Below are positions 8,890 to 18,861 of a DNA stretch of 32,341 nt, in pieces (positions within the stretch are counted from its first letter, which is position 1; every line of letters starts with the position of its first letter). The DNA is taken from the IMG/VR virus record IMGVR_UViG_3300020460_000038, positions 1 to 32,341 of that record, one strand, 5' to 3'. Below the pieces are notes generated by a model. It saw nothing but the letters and a program-made list of their open reading frames with translations, made no database searches and had not been told where the DNA came from. This stretch comes from a virus (taxonomy: Duplodnaviria; Caudoviricetes). The position numbers and the translations under genes were made by a program.

Positions 8890-9365
8890 TGTCATCGACA
8901 GTATTTAGTGTGCAAAATACACATTTGCAAAAGATACAACCAGACATTTTAGGGTTTGGAATTACTACGTTTGTCGATCAAATACAATTTGCTGAAAACG
9001 ATGTATTAAGACGTATTAGAGAGGAATGGTGGGAAAGATACAGACACCAAGTTAGATACAAAGATATTACAAAAGTCACATCTGTTGAAATGGAAAATAG
9101 TAAACTCACACCAGCACAGTGGGAGTTATCTGTTGTATATTTAGCACTATGGAAATACATTTATCCTCAACTTACTAAATGGAGAGACCCCGACACTGGA
9201 GAGGGTAAAGATACATTCCAAGTTCAAATAGATTTTTACAGGGACAGATACGATGAAGAGTTCCAAGCAATATTGCGGGACGGGGTCGAATATGATGAGG
9301 ACGGCGGGGGGACTGTATCTGATAGCGAGAAAGAGCCTCTACACAATTTACGATTAGTAAGATAA
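8889..9365 (+). CDS. Head-tail adaptor
   Basis: Synteny after the capsid gene; helical protein with a YDEDGGGTV acidic loop. Confidence 0.7.
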   Translation: MSSTVFSVQNTHLQKIQPDILGFGITTFVDQIQFAENDVLRRIREEWWERYRHQVRYKDITKVTSVEMENSKLTPAQWELSVVYLALWKYIYPQLTKWRDPDTGEGKDTFQVQIDFYRDRYDEEFQAILRDGVEYDEDGGGTVSDSEKEPLHNLRLVR

Positions 9366-9835
9366 TGGTTGCCGACATCAAGGTAAATATTAATGCCATT
9401 GAAGTAAAAAATTTTTTAACATCATTAAAACAAAAACAAAAATCAGCAATAAATACAGCACTTAATAGAGTTTCAAATATGGCTATCTTAATGATAACCA
9501 AAAGAACTCAATCTGGAAGATTACCTGATGGTGGTAAAATGTTGCCCTATGCAAAATCAACAAAAGTAAATAGACGAAAAAGAGGAAGACAAGTAGGTTT
9601 TGTAGATTTAACTGATTCGGGTAAAATGTTTCGTAGCTTAGATTTTAGAACTAGAGCATTTAAAAGCACATTATTTTTTGCAAATAAAGAACGAGAAAAA
9701 ATAGCTAGTTTTCATGATACATTTGGTGTGGGTAAGAAAAAAGTTAAAAGACCTTTTTTTGCTATTGGCAATAAAGAAGAAAATAAAATACAACAAGAGT
9801 TTAGTAAATTTTATTTTAATAAATTAGGATTATGA
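9365..9835 (+). CDS. Virion morphogenesis / tail completion protein (Mu gpG / HK97 gp10-like)
   Basis: Basic; LTDSGKMFRSL, H..G and KRPFFAI motifs. Confidence 0.75.
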   Translation: MVADIKVNINAIEVKNFLTSLKQKQKSAINTALNRVSNMAILMITKRTQSGRLPDGGKMLPYAKSTKVNRRKRGRQVGFVDLTDSGKMFRSLDFRTRAFKSTLFFANKEREKIASFHDTFGVGKKKVKRPFFAIGNKEENKIQQEFSKFYFNKLGL

Positions 9836-10275
9836 GTAAAAGAGAAGACATAGCTAGTGATATAATTACTAAACTTGATGCTGTAACTAGCCCAATTGAA
9901 TTTAAAAAATTAACTCGTGAACCTTTTGAGGTTGAAGAGTTATCTGATGCACAATTTCCAGCCGCATTTGTTCAAGCTGGAGATGAAACTAGAGAACCCT
10001 CTGCTATGGGTGCAACTGGGTCAGGTAAATACACTGGAACAATAGATTTTCTTATAGTTGCATTTGGCAAGGGTACAGATTCAAATATTGATACTGTTAG
10101 AAACCAAATCATTGAAGTAGTTGAAGAAACACTTGATAATGATATAACAAGAAATGGAAATGCGTTGGATACACAAATTATTGAGGCATCTTCAGACGAG
10201 GGTACAATTTATCCTTATGGTGGAGTCAGAATAACTGTGCGTGTAATGTATGAATTTACAAGGGGGACTGCATAA
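9832..10275 (+). CDS. Tail terminator
   Basis: MSKREDI N-terminus, FPAAFV, acidic; precedes the tail tube gene. Confidence 0.7.
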   Translation: MSKREDIASDIITKLDAVTSPIEFKKLTREPFEVEELSDAQFPAAFVQAGDETREPSAMGATGSGKYTGTIDFLIVAFGKGTDSNIDTVRNQIIEVVEETLDNDITRNGNALDTQIIEASSDEGTIYPYGGVRITVRVMYEFTRGTA

Positions 10276-10448
10276 TGGCTATGGATATAGTAATGGTTAA
10301 AGGAGACACCAAAATAAAAATCTCGCCAGACTTTCAAGAGTATTACGAAAAAAGAGGTTTTACTGTTGAAGGCAAAAATAAAAAAATATCAGTTGAAAAA
10401 GAAACTCAAAAAGTTATAAAACAGTTAAAGAAAGAAAATAAGGAGTAA
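10275..10448 (+). CDS. 57-aa hypothetical protein (absent from the ORF track)
   Basis: TAATG-coupled ORF MAMDIVMVKGDTKIKISPDFQEYYEKRGF...KENKE fills the gap exactly. Confidence 0.75.
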   Translation: MAMDIVMVKGDTKIKISPDFQEYYEKRGFTVEGKNKKISVEKETQKVIKQLKKENKE

Positions 10449-10454
10449 TAAATT

Positions 10455-10841
10455 ATGGCAACTCATCATGGTAAAGATGCAGTAGTTCACATTGGCGGTA
10501 CTAATATCGGTCAAGCAACTGGATTTACTGTAGATACGACACACGATGTTGTAGAAGACACAGCATTAGGTTCATCAATGAAATCATTTGTAGTTGGAAG
10601 AGGTACGTTTACAGCGTCAATAGATATGAATTTTGACGATGACGATACTGCTCAAGGAAACCTTACACAAGGTGCTACTGTAAGTGTAGAGTTCATGCCA
10701 GAGGGTTCAGGTTCAGGCGAACAAAAATTGTCTGGTTCAGGAATCGTTACTGGAATGAGTGTTGGTGTGACTTTAGATGGAGTGACTACAAGAACAGTAT
10801 CTTTACAAGGCACAGGCGGTCTAACTATCGGCACAGTATAA
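10455..10841 (+). CDS. Major tail (tube) protein
   Basis: HHGKDAVV, EDTALG, G/T-rich, SLQGTGGL C-terminus; SD AAGGAG. Confidence 0.88.
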   Translation: MATHHGKDAVVHIGGTNIGQATGFTVDTTHDVVEDTALGSSMKSFVVGRGTFTASIDMNFDDDDTAQGNLTQGATVSVEFMPEGSGSGEQKLSGSGIVTGMSVGVTLDGVTTRTVSLQGTGGLTIGTV

Positions 10842-10849
10842 TTTAATTT

Positions 10850-11206
10850 ATGCCAGACGATAATAAACCCGATTATTTTAGCGGAATAAGAGATCACTTT
10901 ACTGGTTTAGAAACTAAAATTATAGAAGTTCCAGAGTGGGGATTGGTAGGCGATAAAGCGATCTATTGTAAACCATTTAACATGATGGAGAAAACTAAAA
11001 TTTTTAAAGGTGTTACTGCTACTGATGTTAATGTTTTAATTGATGTCATTATCGAAAAAGCGTGTGATAAAGACGGAAACAAAATGTTTGACGCTACCAA
11101 TATTCTTGGATTTAGAACTAAAGCAGATACAAATATTATAGCCGAAGTCGCCAATAAAATAATGGGAACACAAAATGTCGATGTAAACGACAATAAAAAA
11201 AACTAA
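10850..11206 (+). CDS. Tail assembly chaperone (gpG-like)
   Basis: IEVPEWG, DKDGNKMF, ends KKN* between tail tube and tape measure. Confidence 0.88.
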   Translation: MPDDNKPDYFSGIRDHFTGLETKIIEVPEWGLVGDKAIYCKPFNMMEKTKIFKGVTATDVNVLIDVIIEKACDKDGNKMFDATNILGFRTKADTNIIAEVANKIMGTQNVDVNDNKKN

Positions 11207-11376
11207 AAAATAATCCTGAACTACATAATATATTTGCGTTAGCTGAAAAACTCAGTAAGACTGCATCAGAAATCTTGCAAATGCCAGTCTATGAGTTTAA
11301 TATGTGGCTTGCATACTTTGATCTTCAAAAAGAAGAAAGAGAACGGCATGAACGTATAGCAAAAATGAGAAAATAG
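11197..11376 (+). CDS. -1 frameshift extension of the chaperone (gpGT-like)
   Basis: Slippery A AAA AAC at 11197-11203. The -1 frame reads LKNNPELHNIFALAEKLSKTASEILQMPVYEFNMWLAYF... to TAG at 11374-76, abutting the tape measure ATG. Confidence 0.88.
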   Translation, partial: KKLKNNPELHNIFALAEKLSKTASEILQMPVYEFNMWLAYFDLQKEERERHERIAKMRK

Positions 11377-13248
11377 ATGGCTACAAAAAAAGTAAATATA
11401 GATTTAATTGCAAAAGACAAAACAAGACAAGCCATGCAGTCAGCAACAAAAGGTGTTGATGGTGTTAAAAGTTCAGTAATAAATTTAAAAAATGCACTGA
11501 TTGGTTTAGGTGCTGGTGTAGCTATTAAAGGTTTTGTTGATGTAGGTAAGTCAGTCGAATCACTTCAAGTAAGATTAAAATTTTTATTTGGTAGCGTAGA
11601 AGAGGGTGCAAGGGCTTTTGACGCTATGGCAAAATTTGCTGGTAAAGTTCCTTTTTCACTTGGAGAAATTCAAGCTGGTTCTGGTGTACTTGCGGTAGTA
11701 AGTAAAGATGCAAATGAATTATCAAAAATATTAGAACTTACTGGTAATGTAGCGGCAGTTACAGGATTAGATTTTAGAACAACAGCAGAGCAAATTCAAA
11801 GGTCATTATCTGCTGGTATTTCAAGTGCAGATTTATTTAGAGAAAAAGGTGTTAAATCTATGTTAGGATTTAGTGCTGGTGCAACAGTTTCAGTAGAACA
11901 AACTAGAGAGGCCTTATTTAGAGTTTTTGGTAAAGATGGAGACTTTGCTGGTGCAACTGATGATCTTGCAAATACTTTAGAGGGAACTTTATCAATGATA
12001 GGAGATAAGTTCTTTAATTTTCAAAAAACAGTAGCAGAGGAATTTTTTGTTGCTCTTAAAAAAGAGTTTGGTGCATTTGACAAGACACTTGCCGCAAATG
12101 AGGCTACGATATTAGAAATAGCAGAAACAGTAGGTAAAGGTTTAGCTGGTGCAGTTACTTTGGGTGCAGATGCTATTAGATTTTTGAACGACAATATAGA
12201 GGCAATAAAAAAAGCTGGTTTAGCATTAGTTGTGTTTGGTATGACCAAAGCATTTATAGGATTAACAGTATCAATTAGAAGAGCTGGCATAGCTATGATG
12301 GCTTTTAATAAAATTTCTATGAAAAACCTTGCTGGTGTAATAGCCGCTGGTACTGTTCTTTTGGCAGACTACTTAGGAATTTTAGACAAACTTTTAGAAA
12401 AATTTGAAAAACCAAAAACAATAGAGGATTTTGTAGCTGAAGTAACATTATTAAATGAGGAATTATCATTAATAGAAGTAAAAGATTTCACGATTGGTAG
12501 TGCATTTACAAGAATGCAAGACAAGGCTCACGCATTGATGGACGCTATGAGACAAATGCAAAAAGAGGTTGGAGAAAATAGTGCTGAATTTTTAAGATTA
12601 GAAGGATTGATAGAAAGTGTCAGAGATGAATTAATGAAAATTCCTTTACAAGAAATCGAATTTGGATTCGATAACGTAAATGGGGCAGTTAATAAATTAT
12701 CAGAATCATTTAAGGCTTTTGGTAAAGGTTTTTTTAATGAAATGCAAAATCAAAAAAACGCATTACAACAATTTGAAGAGGCTGGAAAAAAAGCATTTAC
12801 CAATTTTTCAAATATGTTAGCGGATTCATTGTTTACAGGAAAATTAGCTTTTAAAGATTTTACTAGGTCAGTATTACAAGATATTGCTAGAATAATATCT
12901 AAACAACTAATGATGCTAGCTATACAAAAAGCATTAGGTTTTTTTGGTGTAACAAGCATATTTGGAGTATCAACAAGTAAGATTTTTGGTTTTGCAGATG
13001 GTGGACGACCAGCAGTGGGCCGACCTAGCATAATTGGAGAAAAAGGGCCTGAGCTTTTTGTGCCAGATCAAGCTGGTACAGTTGTACCAAATAATCAACT
13101 TGGTATGTCAAAACCAGTAACAGTAAATTTTAATATTAATACTGTTGATGCAAGAGGATTTAATGAGTTATTAGTTAATAGCAGAGGGGTTATTGTAAAT
13201 ATGATTAATAGTGCAGTAAATGAAAAAGGTAAGGCGGCATTAATATGA
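11377..13248 (+). CDS. Tape measure protein
   Basis: 623 aa, Ala/Gly-rich helical; AKDKT start, FAGKVPFSLGEI tape-measure domain, FADGGRP...IGEKGPELFVP C-terminus. Confidence 0.95.
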   Translation: MATKKVNIDLIAKDKTRQAMQSATKGVDGVKSSVINLKNALIGLGAGVAIKGFVDVGKSVESLQVRLKFLFGSVEEGARAFDAMAKFAGKVPFSLGEIQAGSGVLAVVSKDANELSKILELTGNVAAVTGLDFRTTAEQIQRSLSAGISSADLFREKGVKSMLGFSAGATVSVEQTREALFRVFGKDGDFAGATDDLANTLEGTLSMIGDKFFNFQKTVAEEFFVALKKEFGAFDKTLAANEATILEIAETVGKGLAGAVTLGADAIRFLNDNIEAIKKAGLALVVFGMTKAFIGLTVSIRRAGIAMMAFNKISMKNLAGVIAAGTVLLADYLGILDKLLEKFEKPKTIEDFVAEVTLLNEELSLIEVKDFTIGSAFTRMQDKAHALMDAMRQMQKEVGENSAEFLRLEGLIESVRDELMKIPLQEIEFGFDNVNGAVNKLSESFKAFGKGFFNEMQNQKNALQQFEEAGKKAFTNFSNMLADSLFTGKLAFKDFTRSVLQDIARIISKQLMMLAIQKALGFFGVTSIFGVSTSKIFGFADGGRPAVGRPSIIGEKGPELFVPDQAGTVVPNNQLGMSKPVTVNFNINTVDARGFNELLVNSRGVIVNMINSAVNEKGKAALI

Positions 13249-13853
13249 GTGGGTCTTTACCAAACACAAACTTTCAGGCAATCAATCTAAAGTCAAATCA
13301 AAAGACTTTATTTAGTGAAACTGATAGTGGCAAAACATTTAGACGACAAGTTCAAGGACAAAGATTTAGTTTTACAATTTCATATCCACCTTTGAGTAGA
13401 GCAGATTTTGCACCAATAATGGCATTTATTTTGAAACAAAGAAGTAGGAAAGAAAGTTTTACAATCACTTTGCCAAGCACATTAAATGCACAAGGTAATG
13501 AAACAGGAACACTACTCGTGAACGGCTCACACTCTGCCGCTGATACTACTATTGCAATTGATGGATTTGCGGCTGATGGTGCTGGAAGATTAAAAGCTGG
13601 AGACCTATTAAAATTTGCACACGATAAAGTTTACATGGTTGTTGCAGACGTAACATCATCAAGTAATGCCGCAACTGTTACTATAGAGCCACCTTTAAGA
13701 ACAGCTTTAGCAGATAACAGTTCTGTCACTTATGACTCTGTTCCAGTGTCAGTTCATTTGACTAGCGATGTTCAAGAGTTTCAAACAAATGAAAACGACA
13801 AAGATGGTAATTTATTATTTAAATTTGAGTTTGATGTTATTGAGAGTTTATAA
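13245..13853 (+). CDS. Distal tail protein
   Basis: Directly after tape measure; SGK.FRR, YPPL, IEPPLR. Confidence 0.75.
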   Translation: MSGSLPNTNFQAINLKSNQKTLFSETDSGKTFRRQVQGQRFSFTISYPPLSRADFAPIMAFILKQRSRKESFTITLPSTLNAQGNETGTLLVNGSHSAADTTIAIDGFAADGAGRLKAGDLLKFAHDKVYMVVADVTSSSNAATVTIEPPLRTALADNSSVTYDSVPVSVHLTSDVQEFQTNENDKDGNLLFKFEFDVIESL

Positions 13854-14419
13854 TGGCAAGAGGATTATCGACTGCGGTAAAAACACAATTAGCAACTGGA
13901 ATTATAGACCCTGTTGTTTTAGTTGAAATAGGATTTGGTACACCAATATATTTAACAAATGCTAGTTTTGACATTACATCTAGTATATCTGGCACATCAA
14001 GAACATATCAATCAAATGGGCATTTGCGTAGTATTACTGGTGTAAGTGAAACAAACACACCAACAAAGAATTCATTATCTATTAGTTTGTCTGCGGTAGA
14101 TCAAAGTTATGTATCAGTAGCACTTAGTGAAAATATTATTAATGATGACGTTTTTATTTATAGAGGTTATTTAGACAGCAACAACGCTTTGATAAGTGAC
14201 CCATTTTTACTATTTTACGGAACAATAGATGAATATAAAATAAGCGATAACACTACTACTGCTAATTTAATATTAACTGTAACCTCACATTGGGGAAATT
14301 TTGGTAAGACTAGCGGAAGAACTACAACAGACAATTCTCAACAAAGATTTTTCAGTGGAGATAAAGGTATGGAATTTGCGGCTTTAACTGTGAGAGATAT
14401 AAAATGGGGTAGAGTATGA
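13853..14419 (+). CDS. Tail tip / hub protein (gpL-like position)
   Basis: Synteny; FYGTID, GRTT...QQRFF.GDKG.EF...IKWG. Confidence 0.72.
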   Translation: MARGLSTAVKTQLATGIIDPVVLVEIGFGTPIYLTNASFDITSSISGTSRTYQSNGHLRSITGVSETNTPTKNSLSISLSAVDQSYVSVALSENIINDDVFIYRGYLDSNNALISDPFLLFYGTIDEYKISDNTTTANLILTVTSHWGNFGKTSGRTTTDNSQQRFFSGDKGMEFAALTVRDIKWGRV

Positions 14420-14859
14420 CGAGTGTTCATTTATACCAAGCACAAAAAAAAGATATTGAAGATTTAAATAATCTCATAAAAGATTGGAAAGAATCTGATT
14501 TAATAGATTGTAATTTTCCAGAACTAGATACTATTAAGGTAAATCAATATCTTAACAAATTTTTACAAAATGGAAAAATTATTTGTATAAAAGATTTAGA
14601 TAGGGACGAAATGATTGGGTGTTGCATATTTAATAAATCTGAATATTGGTTTAGTAAACAACCCATAATAGTTATACAAATGATTTATATTCATAAAAGA
14701 TTTAGAAATTATAAACTTGTAAAACAAATTATAGATATGATTAAAAAAGTGGCTGACAATAATCCTATAGTATTATCAATAACTACAAAATTAGATATAG
14801 ACCCTGTTTTTGAAAAATTAGGTTTTGAAAATATGGGTGGTAACTGGAGATTAATTTAA
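14416..14859 (+). CDS. GNAT-fold acetyltransferase-like protein in the tail module
   Basis: IYIHKRFRN (motif A-like), FEKLGF (motif B-like), EYWFS. Confidence 0.7.
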   Translation: MTSVHLYQAQKKDIEDLNNLIKDWKESDLIDCNFPELDTIKVNQYLNKFLQNGKIICIKDLDRDEMIGCCIFNKSEYWFSKQPIIVIQMIYIHKRFRNYKLVKQIIDMIKKVADNNPIVLSITTKLDIDPVFEKLGFENMGGNWRLI

Positions 14860-17777
14860 TGGGCGGCTGGAATCCATTTGAAGATATTATTGATTTTGTT
14901 GAGGATATTGTAGATGTAATTGTAGATTTAGTAGAAGATGTTATTGGTTGGCTTGTACCAATACCTGAAATTCCAGATTTTGGAGACATACAACCAGATC
15001 AAAATGCAAAAGGTGTATTAGTTAATAAATTTAGTGCAAATGCACACATACCAGTAGTTTATGGAACTAGAAAGGTCGGCGGCAACGTAATTTTTTTAGA
15101 AACTTCTGGGACGGACAATGAGTTCTTGTATATGGCTATTGTAGTTTCTGAAGGAGAAATAGACGATATTAGTTCAATATTTGTTAATGACAACCAAGTT
15201 ACTTTTGATGGAGATATAGCAGATAATACTCAAAGATCAGTAGCAAGTTCAGATTCTAATTTTTTTAAAGCTGACCCAAATGTTGAGGGTTCAAGTGCCG
15301 CAAGTTTAATAACTATTGAACCTCATTATGGGACTGATTCGCAGACTGCATCAAGTTTGCTATCAGGTTTATCATCTTGGACATCGGCCCATCGTCTTCG
15401 TGGGCTTGCGTACATAGCACTTAAATTTAAATGGAATAATGATGCTTTTGGTGGTTTGCCTACAGTAAATGCCGTAGTTAAAGGTAGAAAGGTTTACAAT
15501 CCAAATCTTGATAGCACTGTTACTGGTGGTTCAGGTTCACATAGGAAAGATGACAGCACTACATGGGAATATTCGGATAATCCAATTTACCAAATGTTAG
15601 ATTATTTAAGAAATGATAGATTTGGTATGGGTATTGCTAATAGTTATTTTGATTCTAATTTTGCAGATTGGCAAACTGCTGGAGATGTCTGCGATGCAGA
15701 TATTACACCTTATTCTGGTGCAAGCACTATTGATTTAATGGACAGCCACACAGTCGTTGATACATCAAAAAAAGCTATAGATAATGTTAAAGACTTTGTT
15801 CGTGGTTCACGATCTTATTTAAATTTTACTGGCGGAAAATATAAAATTTTAGTTGAAACATCTGGTAGTGCAAGCATAACTCTGACAGAGGATAATATTA
15901 TAGGTGGAATCCAAATAAGTAGTAAAAACAAAAACTCACGATATAACAGAGTTATTGTTAATTTTACTAATCCAAGCAAATCTTATCAATCTGATACCGC
16001 ACAATTTCCCCCAGTTGATGAAACTGGATTAGCAAGTGCGGACACACACGCAAATATGAAAACCGCAGATGGTGGTTTGTTATTAGAGGGACGTTTTGAT
16101 TTTGCTATGCTGACAAGCCCATATCAAGCTCAAGAAATGGCAGAAATTATTTTGCGTAGATCAAGGTCTAGTTTAGATATAAATATAAAAACAGATGCGA
16201 CAGCTTTAGATTTAAGTATTGGAGATATTGTTAATGTAACCCATGCCACACCAAGTTTCTCTTCTAAGGCCTTTCGTGTGCAAGGAATGACATTAAATAC
16301 AGATCATACAGTAAGTTTACAATGTTCAGAACATCAAGAATCATTCTATACTTTCGGAACACAGCAAGAAGTTGCCACAATTCCATCTACAACTTTACCA
16401 AATCCTTTTACTGTTCAACCACCAGCAAGTGTGACTTTAGATGATACGTTAGTTGAATATAACGATGGAACTGTAATTGTAGCTTTAGATGTAACTATAG
16501 GTGCAACACCTGACAAATTTATTGATTTTTACCAAGTAGAATACAAATTAAGTACAGATTCTGATTTTATTATTTATGCACAAGGCTCTGGTCTTAATCA
16601 TAGAGTTTTAAATGTAATTGACCAAAAAGTGTATGACGTGAGGGTAAAAGCAGTGAACACTGTGGGGGTTTCGTCAAGTTATGTTACTGCACAAAGAACA
16701 ATTGTAGGTGCTATTGAACCACCAAGTGATGTTCCTGATTTAGCTTGTAATGTTGTTGGACAAGACGCTTTTTTATCTTGGACTCAAATATCAGATTTAG
16801 ATTTAGCATTTTACCAAATAAGATTTGCAACAGAAACAGATGGAACGGCTGATTGGCAAAACTCAGTAAATTTAGTTACTAAAGTTTCTCGTCCAGCTAC
16901 AAGCATTACAGTTCCCGCTAGGGCTGGTACTTATTTAATAAAAGCTGTTGATAAACTAGGTAACTTTAGTTCAAATGCAACTGCTGTTATTTCTAATGTA
17001 ACTGAAGTTCTTACACACAATTCAGTTTCAACTATTAATGAACACCCTACATTTGCTGGAACTAACAATAATACAGTAATATTAGATGATTCAATTCAAT
17101 TAAATTCTTCAGAATTATTTGATAGTGCTGGTGGAAACTTTGATTCGGAAACAGTTAGATTTTTTGATTCTGGTGTTGCTAGTGCAGATTTTGTTTCTAG
17201 TGGTAATTATGAATTTGCGAATACGATAGACATAGGGGCAAAACACACTGTTAGAGTTACCGCTACAATAAAACAAACTGCATCAAATCCAGATGATTTA
17301 TTTGATTCTCGTAGCGGGCTATTTGACAGCCAAAGTTCTAACTTTGATGCTGATGCCCCAGCTAACGCAGATGCAAGATTAGAAATATCTACTTCAGATG
17401 ACAATGTTACTTATACCTCATTTCAAGCATTTGTTATTGGAAATTATACAGCTAGATATTTAAAATTTAGAGTTGCTTTGACTTCAACCGATAATGCCTC
17501 AACCCCAGTCGTTCAAGAGGTTACTGTTACAGTAGATATGCCTGATAGAATATTTAGTGGAAATAATATTAGTTCTGGTGCTGGAACTAAAACAGTTACA
17601 TTTACAAATCCATTCAAGTCTGCAAGTTACGCAGTTGGCATAACTGCCGACAACATGGCAACGGGAGATTTCTTTACAGTTTCAAATAAAACTGTTAATA
17701 GTTTTGATGTTTTATTTAAAAATTCAAGTGGTTCAGCAATAGATAGAAATTTTGATTTTATTGCAAAAGGCTTTTGA
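14859..17777 (+). CDS. Central tail fibre / tip attachment protein (gpJ-like, FN3 domains)
   Basis: IPVVYGTRKVGG, LRGLAYI, VKGRKVY, DNP...DYL...RFGMG, IGDIVNV, YDVRVKAVN, YLIKAVD. Confidence 0.92.
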   Translation: MGGWNPFEDIIDFVEDIVDVIVDLVEDVIGWLVPIPEIPDFGDIQPDQNAKGVLVNKFSANAHIPVVYGTRKVGGNVIFLETSGTDNEFLYMAIVVSEGEIDDISSIFVNDNQVTFDGDIADNTQRSVASSDSNFFKADPNVEGSSAASLITIEPHYGTDSQTASSLLSGLSSWTSAHRLRGLAYIALKFKWNNDAFGGLPTVNAVVKGRKVYNPNLDSTVTGGSGSHRKDDSTTWEYSDNPIYQMLDYLRNDRFGMGIANSYFDSNFADWQTAGDVCDADITPYSGASTIDLMDSHTVVDTSKKAIDNVKDFVRGSRSYLNFTGGKYKILVETSGSASITLTEDNIIGGIQISSKNKNSRYNRVIVNFTNPSKSYQSDTAQFPPVDETGLASADTHANMKTADGGLLLEGRFDFAMLTSPYQAQEMAEIILRRSRSSLDINIKTDATALDLSIGDIVNVTHATPSFSSKAFRVQGMTLNTDHTVSLQCSEHQESFYTFGTQQEVATIPSTTLPNPFTVQPPASVTLDDTLVEYNDGTVIVALDVTIGATPDKFIDFYQVEYKLSTDSDFIIYAQGSGLNHRVLNVIDQKVYDVRVKAVNTVGVSSSYVTAQRTIVGAIEPPSDVPDLACNVVGQDAFLSWTQISDLDLAFYQIRFATETDGTADWQNSVNLVTKVSRPATSITVPARAGTYLIKAVDKLGNFSSNATAVISNVTEVLTHNSVSTINEHPTFAGTNNNTVILDDSIQLNSSELFDSAGGNFDSETVRFFDSGVASADFVSSGNYEFANTIDIGAKHTVRVTATIKQTASNPDDLFDSRSGLFDSQSSNFDADAPANADARLEISTSDDNVTYTSFQAFVIGNYTARYLKFRVALTSTDNASTPVVQEVTVTVDMPDRIFSGNNISSGAGTKTVTFTNPFKSASYAVGITADNMATGDFFTVSNKTVNSFDVLFKNSSGSAIDRNFDFIAKGF

Positions 17778-17789
17778 AAGAGGTATAAA
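17761..17789 (+). promoter_or_regulatory. sigma70-type promoter for the tail fibre genes, probably leaderless
   Basis: TTGCAA-17 nt-TATAAA, then 5 nt to the ATG at 17795. Confidence 0.65.
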
Positions 17790-17794
17790 ACAAT

Positions 17795-18286
17795 ATGGCA
17801 CAACACGATTACGATATAGCAAATCAATCTTTCCCTTCTTTTAGGTCAGATTTAAATTCAGTTTTAGATGCAGTTATTTCTACAAACTCTGGAACTTCAA
17901 GACCATCAGCGGCAGTTGCGGGGACGCTTTGGTATGATACTTCGGATACGACCTTAAAACTGTATAACGGGAGTGCAGATATAAATGTTGGCCAAACATC
18001 ATGGTCTGCAAAAAGTTCTAACTTTACTGCAACAGCAAATAGTAAAAATTTTGTTGATACATCTGGTGGGGCGGTTACAGCAACTTTACCAGCGAGTCCA
18101 TCACAAGGGGACGAAGTAAGATTTGTTGATACAAACGGAACATTTGACACTAATAATTTAACTGTAGATAGAAATGGCAAACCAATTCAAGGGGCGGCAT
18201 CAAATTTAACTGTTGCAACTGAAAGGGCTGGTTTTGGTTTAGTATTTTATAATGATACTCAAGGCTGGTTATTAATTGAGAAATAA
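17795..18286 (+). CDS. Tail fibre anchor protein with T4 gp9/10/gp34-like repeat
   Basis: HDY.IAN...FRSDLN fibre N-terminus; FVDTSGGAVTATLPASPSQGDEV.FVD...NNLTVDRNG. Confidence 0.78.
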   Translation: MAQHDYDIANQSFPSFRSDLNSVLDAVISTNSGTSRPSAAVAGTLWYDTSDTTLKLYNGSADINVGQTSWSAKSSNFTATANSKNFVDTSGGAVTATLPASPSQGDEVRFVDTNGTFDTNNLTVDRNGKPIQGAASNLTVATERAGFGLVFYNDTQGWLLIEK

Positions 18287-18288
18287 TT

Positions 18289-18852
18289 ATGAGTAATTAC
18301 GAGGGTATAAAGTATAATTTTGACGGCTCTGGTTTATCAGGTATAGAGGGCGTTCCAACAGGAACAATAGTTTCTTGGAGTAAATCTGCTGTTCCAACTG
18401 GTTTTTTAGAGTGTGATGGTTCAAATGTTTCAAGATCAACATATTCTGATTTATTCTCAGCAATAGGCACTACTTATGGTGCTGGCGATGGTTCAAGCAC
18501 TTTTGGATTACCTGACTTACAAGACAATGTTGCAGTTGGAAAATCAGGTACAAAAGCATTAGCATCAACTGGTGGGGCAAATACTGTAACACCGACAGGA
18601 AATGTCGCTGGTTCTACAGCAAACGCAACACTATCAACATCGCAACTTTCATCACACAATCACTTAATTGTGGGTCAGCCTTTTGGTGGTGCAAGTAATT
18701 CAAGATTAGAGGGTGCTATGGGTGGTGGAACTTACACAGGAAACAGAGGAGATGGCGGCGGTCATTCACACAATATGAGTGCGAATTTTGTAGGCACTGC
18801 AAATTCAGTTGTTCAACCATATTTAGCATTGTTATACATTATTAAAACTTAG
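18289..18852 (+). CDS. Short tail fibre with tail collar domain
   Basis: PTGTI..W....PTGFLECDG...SRSTY.DLF.AIGTTYG.GDG..TF.LPDL, HxH motifs, QPY..L.YIIK. Confidence 0.92.
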   Translation: MSNYEGIKYNFDGSGLSGIEGVPTGTIVSWSKSAVPTGFLECDGSNVSRSTYSDLFSAIGTTYGAGDGSSTFGLPDLQDNVAVGKSGTKALASTGGANTVTPTGNVAGSTANATLSTSQLSSHNHLIVGQPFGGASNSRLEGAMGGGTYTGNRGDGGGHSHNMSANFVGTANSVVQPYLALLYIIKT

Positions 18853-18861
18853 GAGATAAAA

